The notes: generated by a model from the letters alone, not told the origin. Positions 38,166-51,289 are shown, counted from the whole stretch's first letter. The stretch: 63,171 nucleotides of DNA, filler included, from Dicyema japonicum (GCA_011109175.1; 12 parts of 12 records of this genome joined end to end with filler, not necessarily neighbours in it); one strand, 5' to 3'. Translations and numbers: made by a program.

Positions 38166-39839
38166 TAGTCGCATGAAATAAATTCACCTTGAATTCACGA
38201 AATTTATTTCTATGACCTCGAATGTGAAGGAAAGTATGCTACCTGTTCCATGGATTTACCTCTTTTATTCTCCCTCCTGGAAGTAATGCTGATTCGGATA
38301 TAATCTTTTTAGAAAATAAGTAGTTCCCTGCAATATATCTCACGCATTTGTTATATTCTTCTCAAATGACCTCTTAGGTCCCTTCATATAGCTCGATGCC
38401 TCTTCGCCAATCGTGCAACCCACAATTTGAACAAAATAACTGCACACTAGTAGGATTCAAAATAATCGTTACTTAACAATGTGACAGTGCTCAACAAATC
38501 TGAAATTATAAGCCAGGCCCACTTGGGGTTACATTCTTCAGTCGTCAAAAAAAACCGACAGTTTAAATGAGACTGAGAGTACTAATAATTTGTTAAATGT
38601 TTCTTCTTAAATTCATATCACCCACAATTTTGTGCACGTGGCAGAATCCTCATATATCTAAGATTACTTCCATGTCTACCTACAAAATTCCGCCCCTTTA
38701 CGATATAAAGGAAAAAGTAAATTCAGTCTGTAAAATCTAATTTATATACTTTCTTACTGTCTCACGTGGTTCTGATTCTAAATATTCGTCATAATCTTTT
38801 TATTTACTTTAACTTTGTGGCTTTCTAACAATTTGAGTTTTTATTTTTTATAATCTCGTTCGATCCCCGAAAGGAAATCTCTAGGGTACCTTTTGTATTC
38901 TCAACAAAGACACAATACCGCTTATGCTATCTTGCCAATGTTCATTTGGCATCCTTACTTCTTATCTCGTTAAATTCCCAACCAAGACAAGGACTTGGGT
39001 CATTTCGTTTGATATCCCAATTACTCATGTAATCAATATTGCTAAGTTCATGCAAATTGACGTTGATCAATGTGCAATGTGAATTAGGTAATAGATAAAA
39101 ATTTCAATTTATAGAATAAATTCACAAGTGACCATTATGTGAAAAAATAGTTGTGGTTCATAGAGACCAATATCAGATGCCGAAAGATGACAATTTTTTG
39201 GTAGCATTATACGGTGCTCAGGCATCACGCTATGGATGCGTATTTTAATTTTTTTGGAATCTTGCTTCCACGGAAATCCGACACTACCACTGAAATTAAT
39301 TATTCAATGAATATATTTTACCGCCAAAAAGGAGGTTAGCCGCTAATATTGATTTACTTAATAAATATTATTACGAAATATAAACCCTAAAATTTTGTAG
39401 AGTTGGAATGTTAATAAAAAATTTTTTTAATATTGGTTTCATCATCAATAAGTTTTCAATAAAATGCACGATAATTCCTTTTACATTTATTAAATTGATA
39501 TTGTTTCATTCCAAGCTAATATTTACTTGATTGATTTTATGAAAAATCTTAAAATGATTTTTCAGTTTTGAGGGCTTCATTTATTTGTAAAAACTTTCTA
39601 CACATAAGAAGTAAATTTTTGTGCTCGTAAGTATCCTCCAAACTGTAAGTGTTCATCCCAATATATACGTCGTTTTATTTTTTTATCAGACATCTAAAAA
39701 ATATTAAATACAATTAGAAAATATATCAGTAAATAATTTTTCAGAAAAGTACACACAAGAAACACAAGAAAAGTAGAATTAATTAAAAAAGCGCGTGATA
39801 ATGATATATAAAACCTAATCAAATACTTATAATAATTCA

Positions 39840-40650
39840 AAAATTAAAATTCCAACGTGTCATCCACTTTGGTCCTAATGAGAAAATCCTTAATCCGTTC
39901 CACTACCATGCTCTTTACTGACTTGATCAAGGTTTCCTCCTCCTCATCTAGTGGTTCCTCATTTCTTTTATGAAGGGCCTTGATTGCCGTTATCCTCGTC
40001 TTGTCCAAAAGATTGATTATTCTTGCTCTTTTGGGCAAAAATACCATCTTTCATATCTGTAGACAGAGAGGGCAGAATAATTCTTTCAAATATAAAGATA
40101 AACGTCTCCTTTTTCAAATTTAGTATTCGTAGACACAGGAGTGCTTGGTAAGCCTTTTTCTTTTTCATTTTTGCATCTTCAACATAATCTCCTCTACATC
40201 CAAAACAGACAGCATTGCTAATGCCACTCAATGTGTACTCTTGTTAAAAAAAACTTTGTATATGTGAAATTCTCATGGCTTTTGACTTTTTAATTGAGAG
40301 ACTTAAGGCACAAGATTAACACCACTAGAAAATTTCATATTAAAATCCACGTAATCTTCGCTGCGATTCTACCAGACTTATAGAGATGTCTGATGTTAGT
40401 ATGTCGTCCGCGTAAATAATCACATTAGTACTAGGATTCCTGGGAGCCGGAAAATCTTCCATAAATATATTAAATAGCAGAGTACTTAATTCTGAGCATT
40501 GTTTCCTCTTCATAGCAATCTCTTCAGGAATAAATCCTCCACATCTCACAAATGATCTTCTCCCTGTCAGAAGAACTCTAAACCAATCAAGTAAAAGTTT
40601 TAGGATTCTAGCTGCGAATAGGTGACAAAACAGCCTATTCCAAGATATTG
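39840..40650 (-). mobile_element. APE-type LINE RT and tail fragment
   Basis: STLLFNIFMEDFP...IIYADDIL; tail LLDKTRITAIK.LHKR homologous to 59188-59376. Confidence 0.7.
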
Positions 40651-40735
40651 TGAATTTAATCTATGAGATGAAGCCTAGACCTATAACATTATTATTATAA
40701 TAAGTGCCGATTAGTATAACGATTTGAATTCGAAT
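40651..40735 (+). repeat. Dispersed partial monomer of the 167-bp satellite
   Basis: GAGATGAAGCCTAGACCTATAACATTATTATT...GCCGATTAGTATAACGATTTGAATTC matches the units at 45688-46524. Confidence 0.85.
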
Positions 40736-41029
40736 CTTTAACAACACTGCCATTGGATCTCTTCAAATTAACAGCTTCTGAGTTAGATCAAGGAGTTACA
40801 AGCCTCCGATAAGACTTCCAGAATGTTGGGTTCTTGGTTTCCAACCATCTTGCCTCAGTTCTCCATTTTTAATGACTTCTTTAAATAAGAAATCTATAGT
40901 TTTTTGAGTATATCGGATTCGTCTCTTAAGAAATTCTTGATCCAAACAATCCAGACACTACTTAATTTTGCGCGAAGGCGATTTCGGCTTAGAATTGCCC
41001 GTATCACTGGATAATGTAATGCGATCAAC

Positions 41030-41310
41030 GGAATTATTAAGCGACCACTGAGTTTGCTGGATATTCTTCCATTCTTGAACCTGTTGGATTGGACAGAGAG
41101 AACGGAAAACGGCCTGACGGAATCAAAATTTTCTCATTCAAAAAGAGGAAACCTTTGGTATGGGATGCTACTTGTGTCGACCCCCTTTGCTGATACAACA
41201 TTATTGGGAGCGTGGTAGACACACTGTATGCCGTGAAAAAAACGACGAGGGTTAAGGAGAAGAAATACGAAGCCTTACGCGATTGATTCGCGTTCTTCCC
41301 CATTTTTGTT
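41030..41310 (-). mobile_element. CRE REL fragment
   Basis: KRPDG...GKPLVWDATCVD...K.KKYE.L. Confidence 0.7.
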
Positions 41311-41639
41311 AAACCACAAAGCTACACTAAAAAGCCACGACGCACGTGAGACCAGGTGGCTTCTCCAGCTGATCTCTGTTGCGATCTTTGCATAAATTTA
41401 AAATCCCTTGTAGTTTGAATCTTAATTGAGACAAAATACTAGTGATATATGGACATATATTCTCCCTATAAAAAATCAGTCTACGTGCAATAACTCTTCC
41501 AAAAAACAAGGAAATGAGATTTCAAAGCCAACTAATTAAATGATCACAGCTTATAATAAATAACTAACTCCTTGAGAAGTCCGCAGAGATCTCTCAAAAT
41601 GTCTGCTGAAAAACTTTATCGAGTTGTCTTTTTCAGAAC

Positions 41640-41905
41640 CGATAGAGATTCTTAAATCATTTTCCAAATATGTTGGCATTTAGTTAGTTGTCTTGACATC
41701 ACTAACATGTAAGAGACCGGCCGCCATCGAGCTTTATAGCATCTGCACCAGATATGTAATGATTGCTGAATTCTTGCGCGAACTCGGATTAGTGCTTGCC
41801 AGAAAGAAAAAAGATCAACGAGAAGGGTTATGGCTAAGACAAAAGATTGGAATGGCCATGCTTCGAGGGAACTCGTTCTCGATATACGCAGCCGGTTTTT
41901 TTAAC
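41640..41905 (+). mobile_element. CRE 3' end fragment
   Basis: REGLWLRQKIGMAMLRGNS. Confidence 0.65.
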
Positions 41906-41974
41906 TAAAGTTTGTTTTTTGTTTAAAAAAACTTGAAACTTAAAATAATAATTTTTATTTTTTAACTTAATTTA

Positions 41975-42225
41975 TTCCAAAGACCAAGGGTAACCAAACT
42001 AACTAACATCTTGATTCTGACTCGTTCCAACGTTGCAGAACTTGTCTCCAGGTAACAAGGTTATCCCCGGCGAAAGAATAGGTGGATCCTCTTGATGTCG
42101 GCCAGGCATTAGGCGTCTCCTCAGAAATGTGGATCCAATGACGCCATCGGAGAAAGAAAAATAATTATTCACAAACAAGCCACTTAGCACCACATGGCGC
42201 CATATGGCCAATAAATTTAAATTCA
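41975..42225 (-). repeat. Interspersed repeat (probable LINE 3' end), second copy at 47745-48000
   Basis: Shared CCAAAGACCAAGGGTAACCAAA...CTGACTCGTTCCA...GGATCCAATGACGCCATCGGA. Confidence 0.6.
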
Positions 42226-42387
42226 CTTATGGTGGAAAAGCATAATTTTTTAGATAAAAATTTGTACTAAATTTGAAGTAAAAAATATTTATAAATTGGC
42301 TAACCAAAATGTGTTTGTAATAAAATTTGACGTAATGGAGTTAGGTTTGTGAAGATGTACAATCATGATCGATGCGCTGATATTTTC

Positions 42388-44050
42388 TATCATTCCTGGG
42401 AAAAGCAGCAAAAAAAGTAAAATTAAATTCTAAATGAAGGCGTTCACAGCTTGGTGTAATTCCCACAACCGGAAAACCAACTGCCAAATAGCTGAATTTG
42501 ACACTGATTTATCCGATTGATTTTTACTAATTCGTCTGCTTGAAGTAATTTCCAACGAGAAAATTCATTGGTTGAAACCAAAAACACGCGGCTTCACAAA
42601 ATTATCAACGTCAATCAGGTTCTTAAATTCATGGTCAGCAAGGGAGTGAAACTCGTCTCAGTTAGAGCAGAAGGTACAGATGTACTGCTTTTATCAGAAA
42701 TAGTCGACCGAAATGTCAAAATTACACTGGTGATGATCCGGACCATAATCCTACGGTTCGCAATACAAGGTATCACGATGGAAAGTAGGGCTGGCTTTTT
42801 TAAATCCACAGAGAAATTTGCCAAGGAAGGGCTGCTTTTGTGGTGTCAACGAAAGACTGCTGAGTATGAAGGAGTGAATATCAATAACTTCCATACTAGT
42901 TATAAGTACGGACTAGCCTTTGCTGCTATAATTAATAGACACAGACCAGATCTAATAGAATTTGACGATTTAAAGCATTACACGTATTTACCCAAGCCTG
43001 AAACACCGGAAGAGAATCTAAGGCGAGCATTCCAAGTAGCAGAGAAGCATCTGGATATACCCTGTATGCTTGACCTCGAAGGTAACTAGGTTTATCATCT
43101 TAGATTTCGCTGGACGTGCGGATGAACGTTCTGTTATGACATATGTCTCCTCGTTGTATCAAAGATTTATAAAGGACGAACTGGTGTAGTTTTGTGTTAC
43201 TGGTAGACAACTAAGACAGAACAGAATGTATGCTCTTTGATAGGAGTAGTGAGGGAGAGTGAGATATTTTTGTATCTGCTTGAGGGTAACTCTGTAATGA
43301 TCTCGTGTATTAATAATAAAAAAGACTGACTGTCCAAACGACCAGAATTCGGGAGTTCTGATGAGATGAGGGAACAGTTAGAGAAATACAACTTGTTTTC
43401 CATGAAAGAGATGCCTTTTAAATATTCAGAGAACGTTCAAACGGAGATCATCGCGCACATCTTGAAAGCAATGCAAGTCAATAGGAGTGATTTTAACGAC
43501 GGACTATTCCATAATATTATCATGGAGTGGACGAGTATGGAGGATTTACCCCAAAAGTACAAGGAATGGATAAATTCCGAGAATAACAGGTCACGTGGGT
43601 AATAAGTTGTAGATTTAAGTTTACTGAAAGTGTGACTATGTGCTTCCATCGCAAATGTGACTTTTATGATGCGTGGATTTCAGGTAGGAAGAAGAAATAA
43701 ACTCACGTGGATTGTCCGACTTGAAGGTACTCATAATAAGTGATCAAGGCTACGATTAACGAGTGCTTCCATCACAAATGTGACTTTTATGATGCGTGGA
43801 TTTCAGGTAGGAAGAAGAAATAAACTCACGTGGATTGTCCGACTTAAAAGTACTCATAATAAGTGATCAAGGCTACGATTAACGAAACTAGGATTGTGAT
43901 GAACGCATTGAACTATCAGATTATTACTGATTTTGATGATACAACTGACGGTCACCGTGAGAATGGATACACGTTAATAGATTTCGTGGACAATCGGCTG
44001 AATACGATTGGAGGAGAGTTTAAAGTATGCAAAACTAATATCGGAAAAGG
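42388..44050 (+). pseudogene. ACTN: Alpha-actinin: two CH domains plus first two spectrin repeats, unprocessed pseudogene or error-rich copy
   Basis: WEKQQKK/AFTAWCNSH...LLEVIS...HKIINVN...[16 protein letters not shown]...ILRFAIQ...[13 protein letters not shown]...HRPDLI...[13 protein letters not shown]...DERSVMTYVS. Introns 42417-42439 (23), 42674-42697 (24), 42785-42811 (27), 43082-43103 (22), 43184-43206 (23), 43590-43612 (23). TGA stops, frameshifts and substitutions at conserved W/G positions. Confidence 0.92.
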
Positions 44051-44059
44051 AGGATATTG

Positions 44060-44965
44060 ATGAGCAGTTGGTGGTTGTTTCCGCGATATGCGATAGCCAG
44101 ACTCCATTTCCGCGATGAGGCCGACTTAATGCTTGCTAGTCGGTGTTGATTGGCAAGCAAAGTTCGACTGAAATTCAAAGCCCAACTCCCCACAACTTGC
44201 TAACTCTATCAAGCTCCGAGTCCAAGGTATGTCTGATTGCGTTACATAGGACCCCTTGGACCAAGCGACTGCAGCTAGCAAGGGATGAAAAGTAGGAACG
44301 CAAGGAGGGATCTAAACACAATTTCCCATTTCTCGCAGGTATTTGCACATTGTCCAGCCCAGATCATCGAATTTGACATTCAGTATTGACTGTGTGATCG
44401 TCTCAGAGTCCCATCAGCCGACGATAGTGCTCTCTGGTGTTCAAAACATGGTGAACATCTCAAAATGTACATCCTCTTCGACATGGAAATACATTTCTTG
44501 AGCAATAAAAACGACACGTGGATCCAAAGATGATACTCTGTAAAGGCTTCAACTTAATTATCCTTAGTGGTGAGGCAGTTTTCCAGCTCGTCGTTTCCGA
44601 GAGGGTAGCCGAAAAAGTGTGCATTATCCAAGGAGGATGTGCTAAAACATGGAAGTAAGGATCTGAATTCTTGGCAGGCAGTAGAAATGCTTGGAGATGA
44701 GCAGGAAATCAGTTCCGATTTCATAACATTTACACTTAAACCCAATTGGTTTAGAGCTGGAATGGTTGAAGAAATATCCTGATATACATACTTCAAATTC
44801 AGTGGGAGTAAAAGCTGCGAGGTCTTCTAGCATTGTCAAGTTCCGCTGGTTCGGTGGTGGAGCAGGGTGCTTCCTTCTCAGTAACTCCAAGACTTCTCGG
44901 CATGGCTTCAACAGTGATTCGTCACAAGACACTACTATTACAGCTGCGTGAACGTCCCCTTCTAT
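44060..44965 (-). mobile_element. CRE-clade fragment, same subfamily as 35-36.7 kb, internally deleted
   Basis: KHPAPPPNQ joined to LGLSVNVMKSELI...GYPLG...; high nucleotide similarity to the 35-36.7 kb copy. Confidence 0.85.
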
Positions 44966-45687
44966 GTTGAAATTAAGCTTTATTCATGAGTAGCCCCAAT
45001 GGCTGATACTCATTGCACATACTCTTGGCCTTATGAAGCTTTACTTCTCAATTTAACAAACGGCAATTTTCACAATTACAATTGAAGTAAAATTACAATC
45101 AACAATATTAATGAAGTACTTCAAGAAAATGGATGGACCCTCTTTGTTTTCGATGAGACCTAAAAGAATCCCGCCGATCATTTTTATTTCTCATTCAAAC
45201 GTATTCGAAGGCTTGAAGATNNNNNNNNNNNNNNNNNNNNNNNNNNNNNNNNNNNNNNNNNNNNNNNNNNNNNNNNNNNNNNNNNNNNNNNNNNNNNNNN
45301 NNNNNNNNNNNNNNNNNNNNNNNNNNNNNNNNNNNNNNNNNNNNNNNNNNNNNNNNNNNNNNNNNNNNNNNNNNNNNNNNNNNNNNNNNNNNNNNNNNNN
45401 NNNNNNNNNNNNNNNNNNNNNNNNNNNNNNNNNNNNNNNNNNNNNNNNNNNNNNNNNNNNNNNNNNNNNNNNNNNNNNNNNNNNNNNNNNNNNNNNNNNN
45501 NNNNNNNNNNNNNNNNNNNNNNNNNNNNNNNNNNNNNNNNNNNNNNNNNNNNNNNNNNNNNNNNNNNNNNNNNNNNNNNNNNNNNNNNNNNNNNNNNNNN
45601 NNNNNNNNNNNNNNNNNNNNNNNNNNNNNNNNNNNNNNNNNNNNNNNNNNNNNNNNNNNNNNNNNNNNNNNNNNNNNNNNNNNNNNN

Positions 45688-46524
45688 TATATAATTATAT
45701 TATGAATTTTATCTACTAGATGAATCTTAGACCTATAAAATTATTATAGAATTAGCACCGATTAGTATAACGATTTGAATTCTAATCTGTATTATAAATT
45801 AATAGTAACTATAGGCCAATATAATATAACAACCTGGAATCAAACTACGACGCCTATACAATTATATTATGAATTTTATCTTCGAGATGAATCTTAGACC
45901 TATAAAATTATTATTGAATAAGCACCGATTAGTATAACGATTTGAATTCTAATCGGTATTATAAATTAATAGTAACTATAGGACAATATTATATAACCAC
46001 CGGGATTCAAACTACGACGCCTATACAATTATATTATGAATTTTATCTAGAAGATGAAGCTTAGACCTATAACATTATTATTGCAATAAATGTCGATTAG
46101 TATAACCATTTGAATTCAACTCTATATTATATATACAGGGTTACTATTTAGCATTATAATTCAACCACTTGAAATCAAACTAGGACGCCTATATAATTAT
46201 ATTATGAATTTTATCTACGAGATAAATCTTAGATAAATAACATTATTATGGAATCAGCACCGATTAGTATAACGATTTGAATTTTTATCGGTATTATAAA
46301 TTAATAGAAACTATAGGCCAATATAATATAACCACAAATATTCAAACTACGACGCCTATATAATTATATTATGAATTTTATCTACGAGATGAAGCTTAGA
46401 CCAATAAAATTATTATTGCAATAAACGCCGATTAGTATAACCATTTGAATTCTAATCTGTATTATATATTAAGGGTAACTATTTAGCATTATAATTCAAC
46501 CACTTGGAATCAAACTAGGACGCC
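45688..46524 (+). repeat. Tandem satellite, five 167-168 bp monomers in order A A B A B
   Basis: Monomer starts at 45688, 45855, 46022, 46190, 46357, each beginning TATA(T/C)AATTATATTATGAATTTTATC and ending CAAACTA(C/G)GACGCC; abuts a roughly 470-N gap. Confidence 0.95.
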
Positions 46525-47019
46525 TAAAGCAACAGTCACTAATGCTCTCCTCGCCGTTAAGACCAACTTTTTTCTAGGAATTCGTTTGAGAACGGGAGCC
46601 TTACTGACATCTCCAAAATTCTTAAAAATACATGCAGGAAGTGAGTGGGTTATCGGAAAAATCAAAGCGAAAATTTGGCGGTTTCTAAGAAAGCCACTAT
46701 CACGTTACGGACACGTATTCTATATAATTTTTCGATGATTCTTGGCTTGAATAAATATGGACAAGAGTATACATCGATTTTGAAGTGATAATACCACCTA
46801 TACTTCAGTACTTAAAAAGTTTCGGACGTCTTCGCATTTGCCTGTTTTTTGATTGACAGATAATTTTACCAGACATATTTCTAATAATTGTGTAACTGAT
46901 GCAATTATCCCTGGCAATCGGTGGGGGAGGACTCATTAATTATTATTAAAAAACTGTTAGAGAAATTTAACTAGGTAAAGAATCCTCCTATACCACATTC
47001 GCATAATAAACTTTTTCAA

Positions 47020-47420
47020 GGCTCCCTTGTTCCTATACCCTTTTTCGCATGTAGATCTTTAGTATACCATTGATTTTTGATAAGTCAGAGTTAAGGACAA
47101 CCTGAAAGGTTATTCTTGGCATTCATTGATATTTAAAAGATTCCTTCGTGGAATACACAACCATTGCATAATTCCCTGTAGTTGTAGGTTCAAGGCGTAG
47201 AATGTGTCCGAAAAGTTTCAATCGATCATCGATAACTGCTTGAGACAGTTTCAGGATATTATTATTCGTCAGATGGGGGGTTTTTTTTCCATTGATCACC
47301 AATGACGTATTTGGAGATTCTTCGTAGATTCTGTTAGTATCAATGATAGTGGGTTCCGAAGGAAGCTTATTGTAGTATCAATGATAATTGGTCCATGTGC
47401 TCTACTATTCAATGGGATCA
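47020..47420 (-). mobile_element. RTE-like 3' fragment, related copy at 52540-52760
   Basis: DRLKLFGHIL...GNYAM; shared CCATTGCATAATTCCCTGTAGTTGTAGGTTCAAGGC. Confidence 0.6.
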
Positions 47421-48356
47421 TTTTGGCTGTTTATTTAATGTCTTATCTTGTATATTATAATATATAGCTTAAACATCACAAAACTGCAAAGGTAAAAATG
47501 CCACAATAATAAGTAAAACATAGGGCTTCCCGAACATTATCGTCACTTTCAAGACGAATAGCCTCAATAATTTATTTCCAATTGCACCCGATATCGTCTA
47601 GACGACTGGAGTCTTTGGGCATATGATGGACTCATTCTTGAGATTGATAGGGTCGAAAAGTTTCATAGTTACCAGTAATCAAAGGAATTTGAATGGCTGT
47701 TCCAAAGGAATTCTCTCGCATTTAAAAATATTAAAATAAGTCCAAAGACCAAGGGTAACCAAAGTATCTAACTCCTTGATCCTGACTCGTTCCAGCGTTT
47801 CTGACTTGACTTCAGGTATCGAAATTGTCCCCCGGGGAGAGAATAGTTAGATCATCTTGATGCCGGCCAGGCATTGGGTGTCTCCTAAGTATGGTGGATC
47901 CAATGACGCCATCGGAAGGAATGAAAATGATCTTTGAGCAACTAGTCACATATCACCATATGACGCCACGCGGCCATTAAACTTCAGCTGTCAATGAAAA
48001 CAACTATTCCATTCTTTCTGCTGAGAAGTCATTAATTTAATTAATTTATTAACCTCGGATACACCGAGAAAGAAGTTAAAGTAAACAACTGATTAAGTGT
48101 ATCCAGTTTCCACTTCCACAGAAACNTTCAGGTAACGAAATTGTCCCCCGGGGTAGTTAGATCATCTTGATGCCGGCCAGGCATTGGGTGTCTCCTAAGT
48201 ATGGTGGATCCAATGACGCCATCGGAGGGAAGGAAAATGATCTTTGAGCAACTAGTCACATATCACCACATGGCGATACGCGGCCATTAAACTTCAGCTG
48301 TCAGTGGAAACAACAATTCCATTTTTTCTGCTGAAGTCATTTAATTAATTTATTGA

Positions 48357-48635
48357 CCCCGGATACACCGAGAAAGAAGTTAAAGTAAACAACTGATTAA
48401 GTGTATCCAGTTTCCACTTCCACAGAATCAGATGTGACCTGTCTAAGTGACGCCCAGTGCCAGGCCGGCACGAAAAAGGATCATTTGCTCTTCCCCACTC
48501 CACTGGAGGGGTTTCTACAACTGCATGTAATAGACGTCTTACCCTTTATGCTGATGGACTCTGTTTCTTTAAAAGTGGAAACTGGATACACTTAATCAGT
48601 TGGTTACTTTAACTTTTTTCTCGGTGTATCCGGGG
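48357..48635. mobile_element. piggyBac-type MITE, 279 bp (truncated duplicate left arm at 48053-48125)
   Basis: 63-bp TIRs 48357-48419 and 48573-48635 (61/63 match) starting CCCC. Flanked by TTGA (48353-48356) and TTAA (48636-48639); the duplicate left arm has intact TTAA (48049-48052). Confidence 0.85.
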
Positions 48636-48855
48636 TTAATAATAAATAAATTTAATTATATAAGTGACATTTTAACATGGTTAACCATCATTAATTTATA
48701 CACGTTGTAGTCGCCTTTTCGTGGTCATCTGGCATATATTTGTCTATATTTATTTCTTCATTATTGAAAGTGCTAAAATTTTTTTAAAAATTTTATTAAA
48801 CAAGACTTTGATTCGTCAATTAATATGTTGTTTTTAATGATGAAGAAATTATGAA

Positions 48856-49197
48856 TTAATTTATTTTAATCGCTACATTATTCAATTTCAGTTTTTGGGC
48901 ATATACGAGTTTTCTGAATTCTGACATTGATATTTCCTTTCCAAACCTTATTGCTCGTAGAACTGGAAGTTTTGTGTTATTTTGTTGAGGACGAATCCTC
49001 GAAGCATAAGTGTCAGAAGCATGTTGGACAAATTCGACGTCCGTTCGACCTGGGTTTTCTGTATTTAATTCACACAAGTCCACAAAATCTGATGAATTTA
49101 TATGATTCTCAGCAACAACAACAGCAATCCAATTAAAATTGATGAATTTATCCATTATAGTGAAATGAGTTCTAATTTTATTAACCTCTGCCTCCAT
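48856..49197 (-). CDS. Unassigned 113-aa ORF
   Basis: ATG start and open frame, but no family recognised. Confidence 0.25.
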   Translation of the reverse strand: MEAEVNKIRTHFTIMDKFINFNWIAVVVAENHINSSDFVDLCELNTENPGRTDVEFVQHASDTYASRIRPQQNNTKLPVLRAIRFGKEISMSEFRKLVYAQKLKLNNVAIKIN

Positions 49198-49239
49198 AAT
49201 ATGCTTTCTACTCAGATTATTTTCAAAGATATTGATTTA

Positions 49240-49680
49240 TCATTACACTAGGATGGTCACAAGTAGAACGTGGAATATTTATTTAACAACCCAAGACACG
49301 GTAGAACCAAACTAATTATTACGTGATCCCAATGCATTAGGGTGGTCACAAGTAGAACGTGGAATATTTATTTAACAACCCAAGACACGGTAGAACCAAT
49401 CTAATTATTACGTGATCCCAATGCATTCCAACACCGACTTCATTTTTGCCAAGTGTTCTTCCTTCGTGCCCGCGCATGAACTTACAGGATGACTGATTGA
49501 TTTTTCAAGGCCACATTCCCGTGATCTGGAGTCTATTCTCATGAAGGCCTTCAGAGGCGTCGGTCAGGTACGGTGATCTACACAAATCCAACGCTTCGTT
49601 ACTCTAAAAGCCCTCTTTTGCATTTCATTGATTTTCTTTACATTTGTCCAAGATATGGACGGTCTCCACGAGGCGAATTC
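49240..49680 (-). mobile_element. R4-like C-terminal fragment with 80-bp tandem duplication
   Basis: Similar to 11100-11400. Confidence 0.45.
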
Positions 49681-51289
49681 ATATGAGAAACATGGCTCAA
49701 TGTACTCTCAATACAGCAGAGCACTGTTTTTAAGTGCTTCGGCTTGTTTGAAAATCCTAATCGAATAAAGTCGTTATATCAACAGATAAAAGAAGGATAG
49801 TGTGAAAATTACAAATATTTATAATTTTTTATGATTAAATAATTTTTCTTTTTAGTTATATAAAATAAATTTAAAAACTAACATCTACTGGCTACTATTA
49901 AAAGTTAAAGCCCATTCTTTTTACGATCTGTAAAGAAATGTGCTCTATGACCTATCTTTTTTCCTTCCTGCGATAATTGATCTGATACGGTTGAGCAGAA
50001 TAAGTGATCTACTTCATATGAGTCCTGATGTTTCCACGGTGACTGGTTCAAAGATTAACTGTATTCATATTTCTTCTTTAGCTTATCAGTCTTTTCCTTA
50101 GTTGAATATGGGTTAGGTTTGAGGGAGAGGCTATCTACACGGGTTGTGTCATCTACCACTTTCCCATGGGAAGAGTTATTCTGTCATGTATTTTATTGGC
50201 AAGGCTGTCCGAGAGGTTACAACTGGACATAGAATTGGACCGCTTCTACATCCTGCTCAATTACTTCGTAGGTTACACTATTTCTTTGACTACTTCATGA
50301 CTCCTACTAGCAGAAGAGAAAGTGAAGACCTTTTGCGTTTACTATTTCTACACATCTACAACGATAGATTAAGCAAACCCCATTGTTTATGCTCTGAACC
50401 AAAATAAAACACAAAATCATACATCAACCGGTCTGACTGCATGGAAATTTCCTCTCTGGTTGGCGAGATTCGCTGAAATAACCAGCTTTAATCACGGAGA
50501 TCTTCTGTTCATGTAGTTTATCCAAAATGATGGTTTGGACGACGAAAAACGATTTATAAACACATTCGAATGGTTGTGTCTTTGTCAAATCTAATTTGTA
50601 TTTATTTTTTCTTAGGTGTTAACAACTCCCAGATAGATCCACTTAGTTTCACGACGTTCTTACTCGCTTTCGTTATCATGGTCTCTAGCAATTTTAGAAA
50701 AGAAGTCGTTTTGGCGTCGAAGACTTAATTCGACTCGACAACTACAGGCTGTACATAGAATTTGTTGAGAGGCTGATTTATTTTCTTATTTAAAATTTTT
50801 GAAAGTACGATCTGCCTCCCCAGCTTTTATCGCGGAGCCTGGAAGTCTCGAGTGGGAAAAAATATCGGTGCAGGCCTATAACACATCATACATTTCCCCA
50901 AATGGCAAGACAGAGTGTTTTTGATAATTATTCCAGTCGAGAACTTTCCATTTCAAAGTTTAAACCACACTTGTTAAAGAGATTACTGGATTCCTGGTGA
51001 TTCAAGATATCGCTTCATAACACCGATGATGGCGGCATTCTTCGTGAACAGACCACTGTTCAGACGGCAAGAAAGCAGGTAAAGCCAATTGCAATCCAAT
51101 CAGATCTACAACGGTATGGATGAGGCTGGAATTGAGTATTACTTTAATATAATTTATTGAGAATTGAGTATTATTGTGATAAAATTTAATTTCTGTTTCC
51201 TTAGTTAAAAATATTGTTTTCCTTATAAATATAATTTATTAATTTAAATTGTTTAATTATCTTAAATAAATTCTACATCAGTTTTGTAG

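Noticed and set aside
38900-39360. Coding-like minus-strand stretches (PWKQDSKKIKIRIH; WDIKRNDPSPC)
   Set aside because: Could not be assigned to any family or spliced into a coherent frame.
45688-46524. CRISPR-like array
   Set aside because: Whole 167-bp units are homologous with no unique spacers, there are no cas genes, and the context is eukaryotic.
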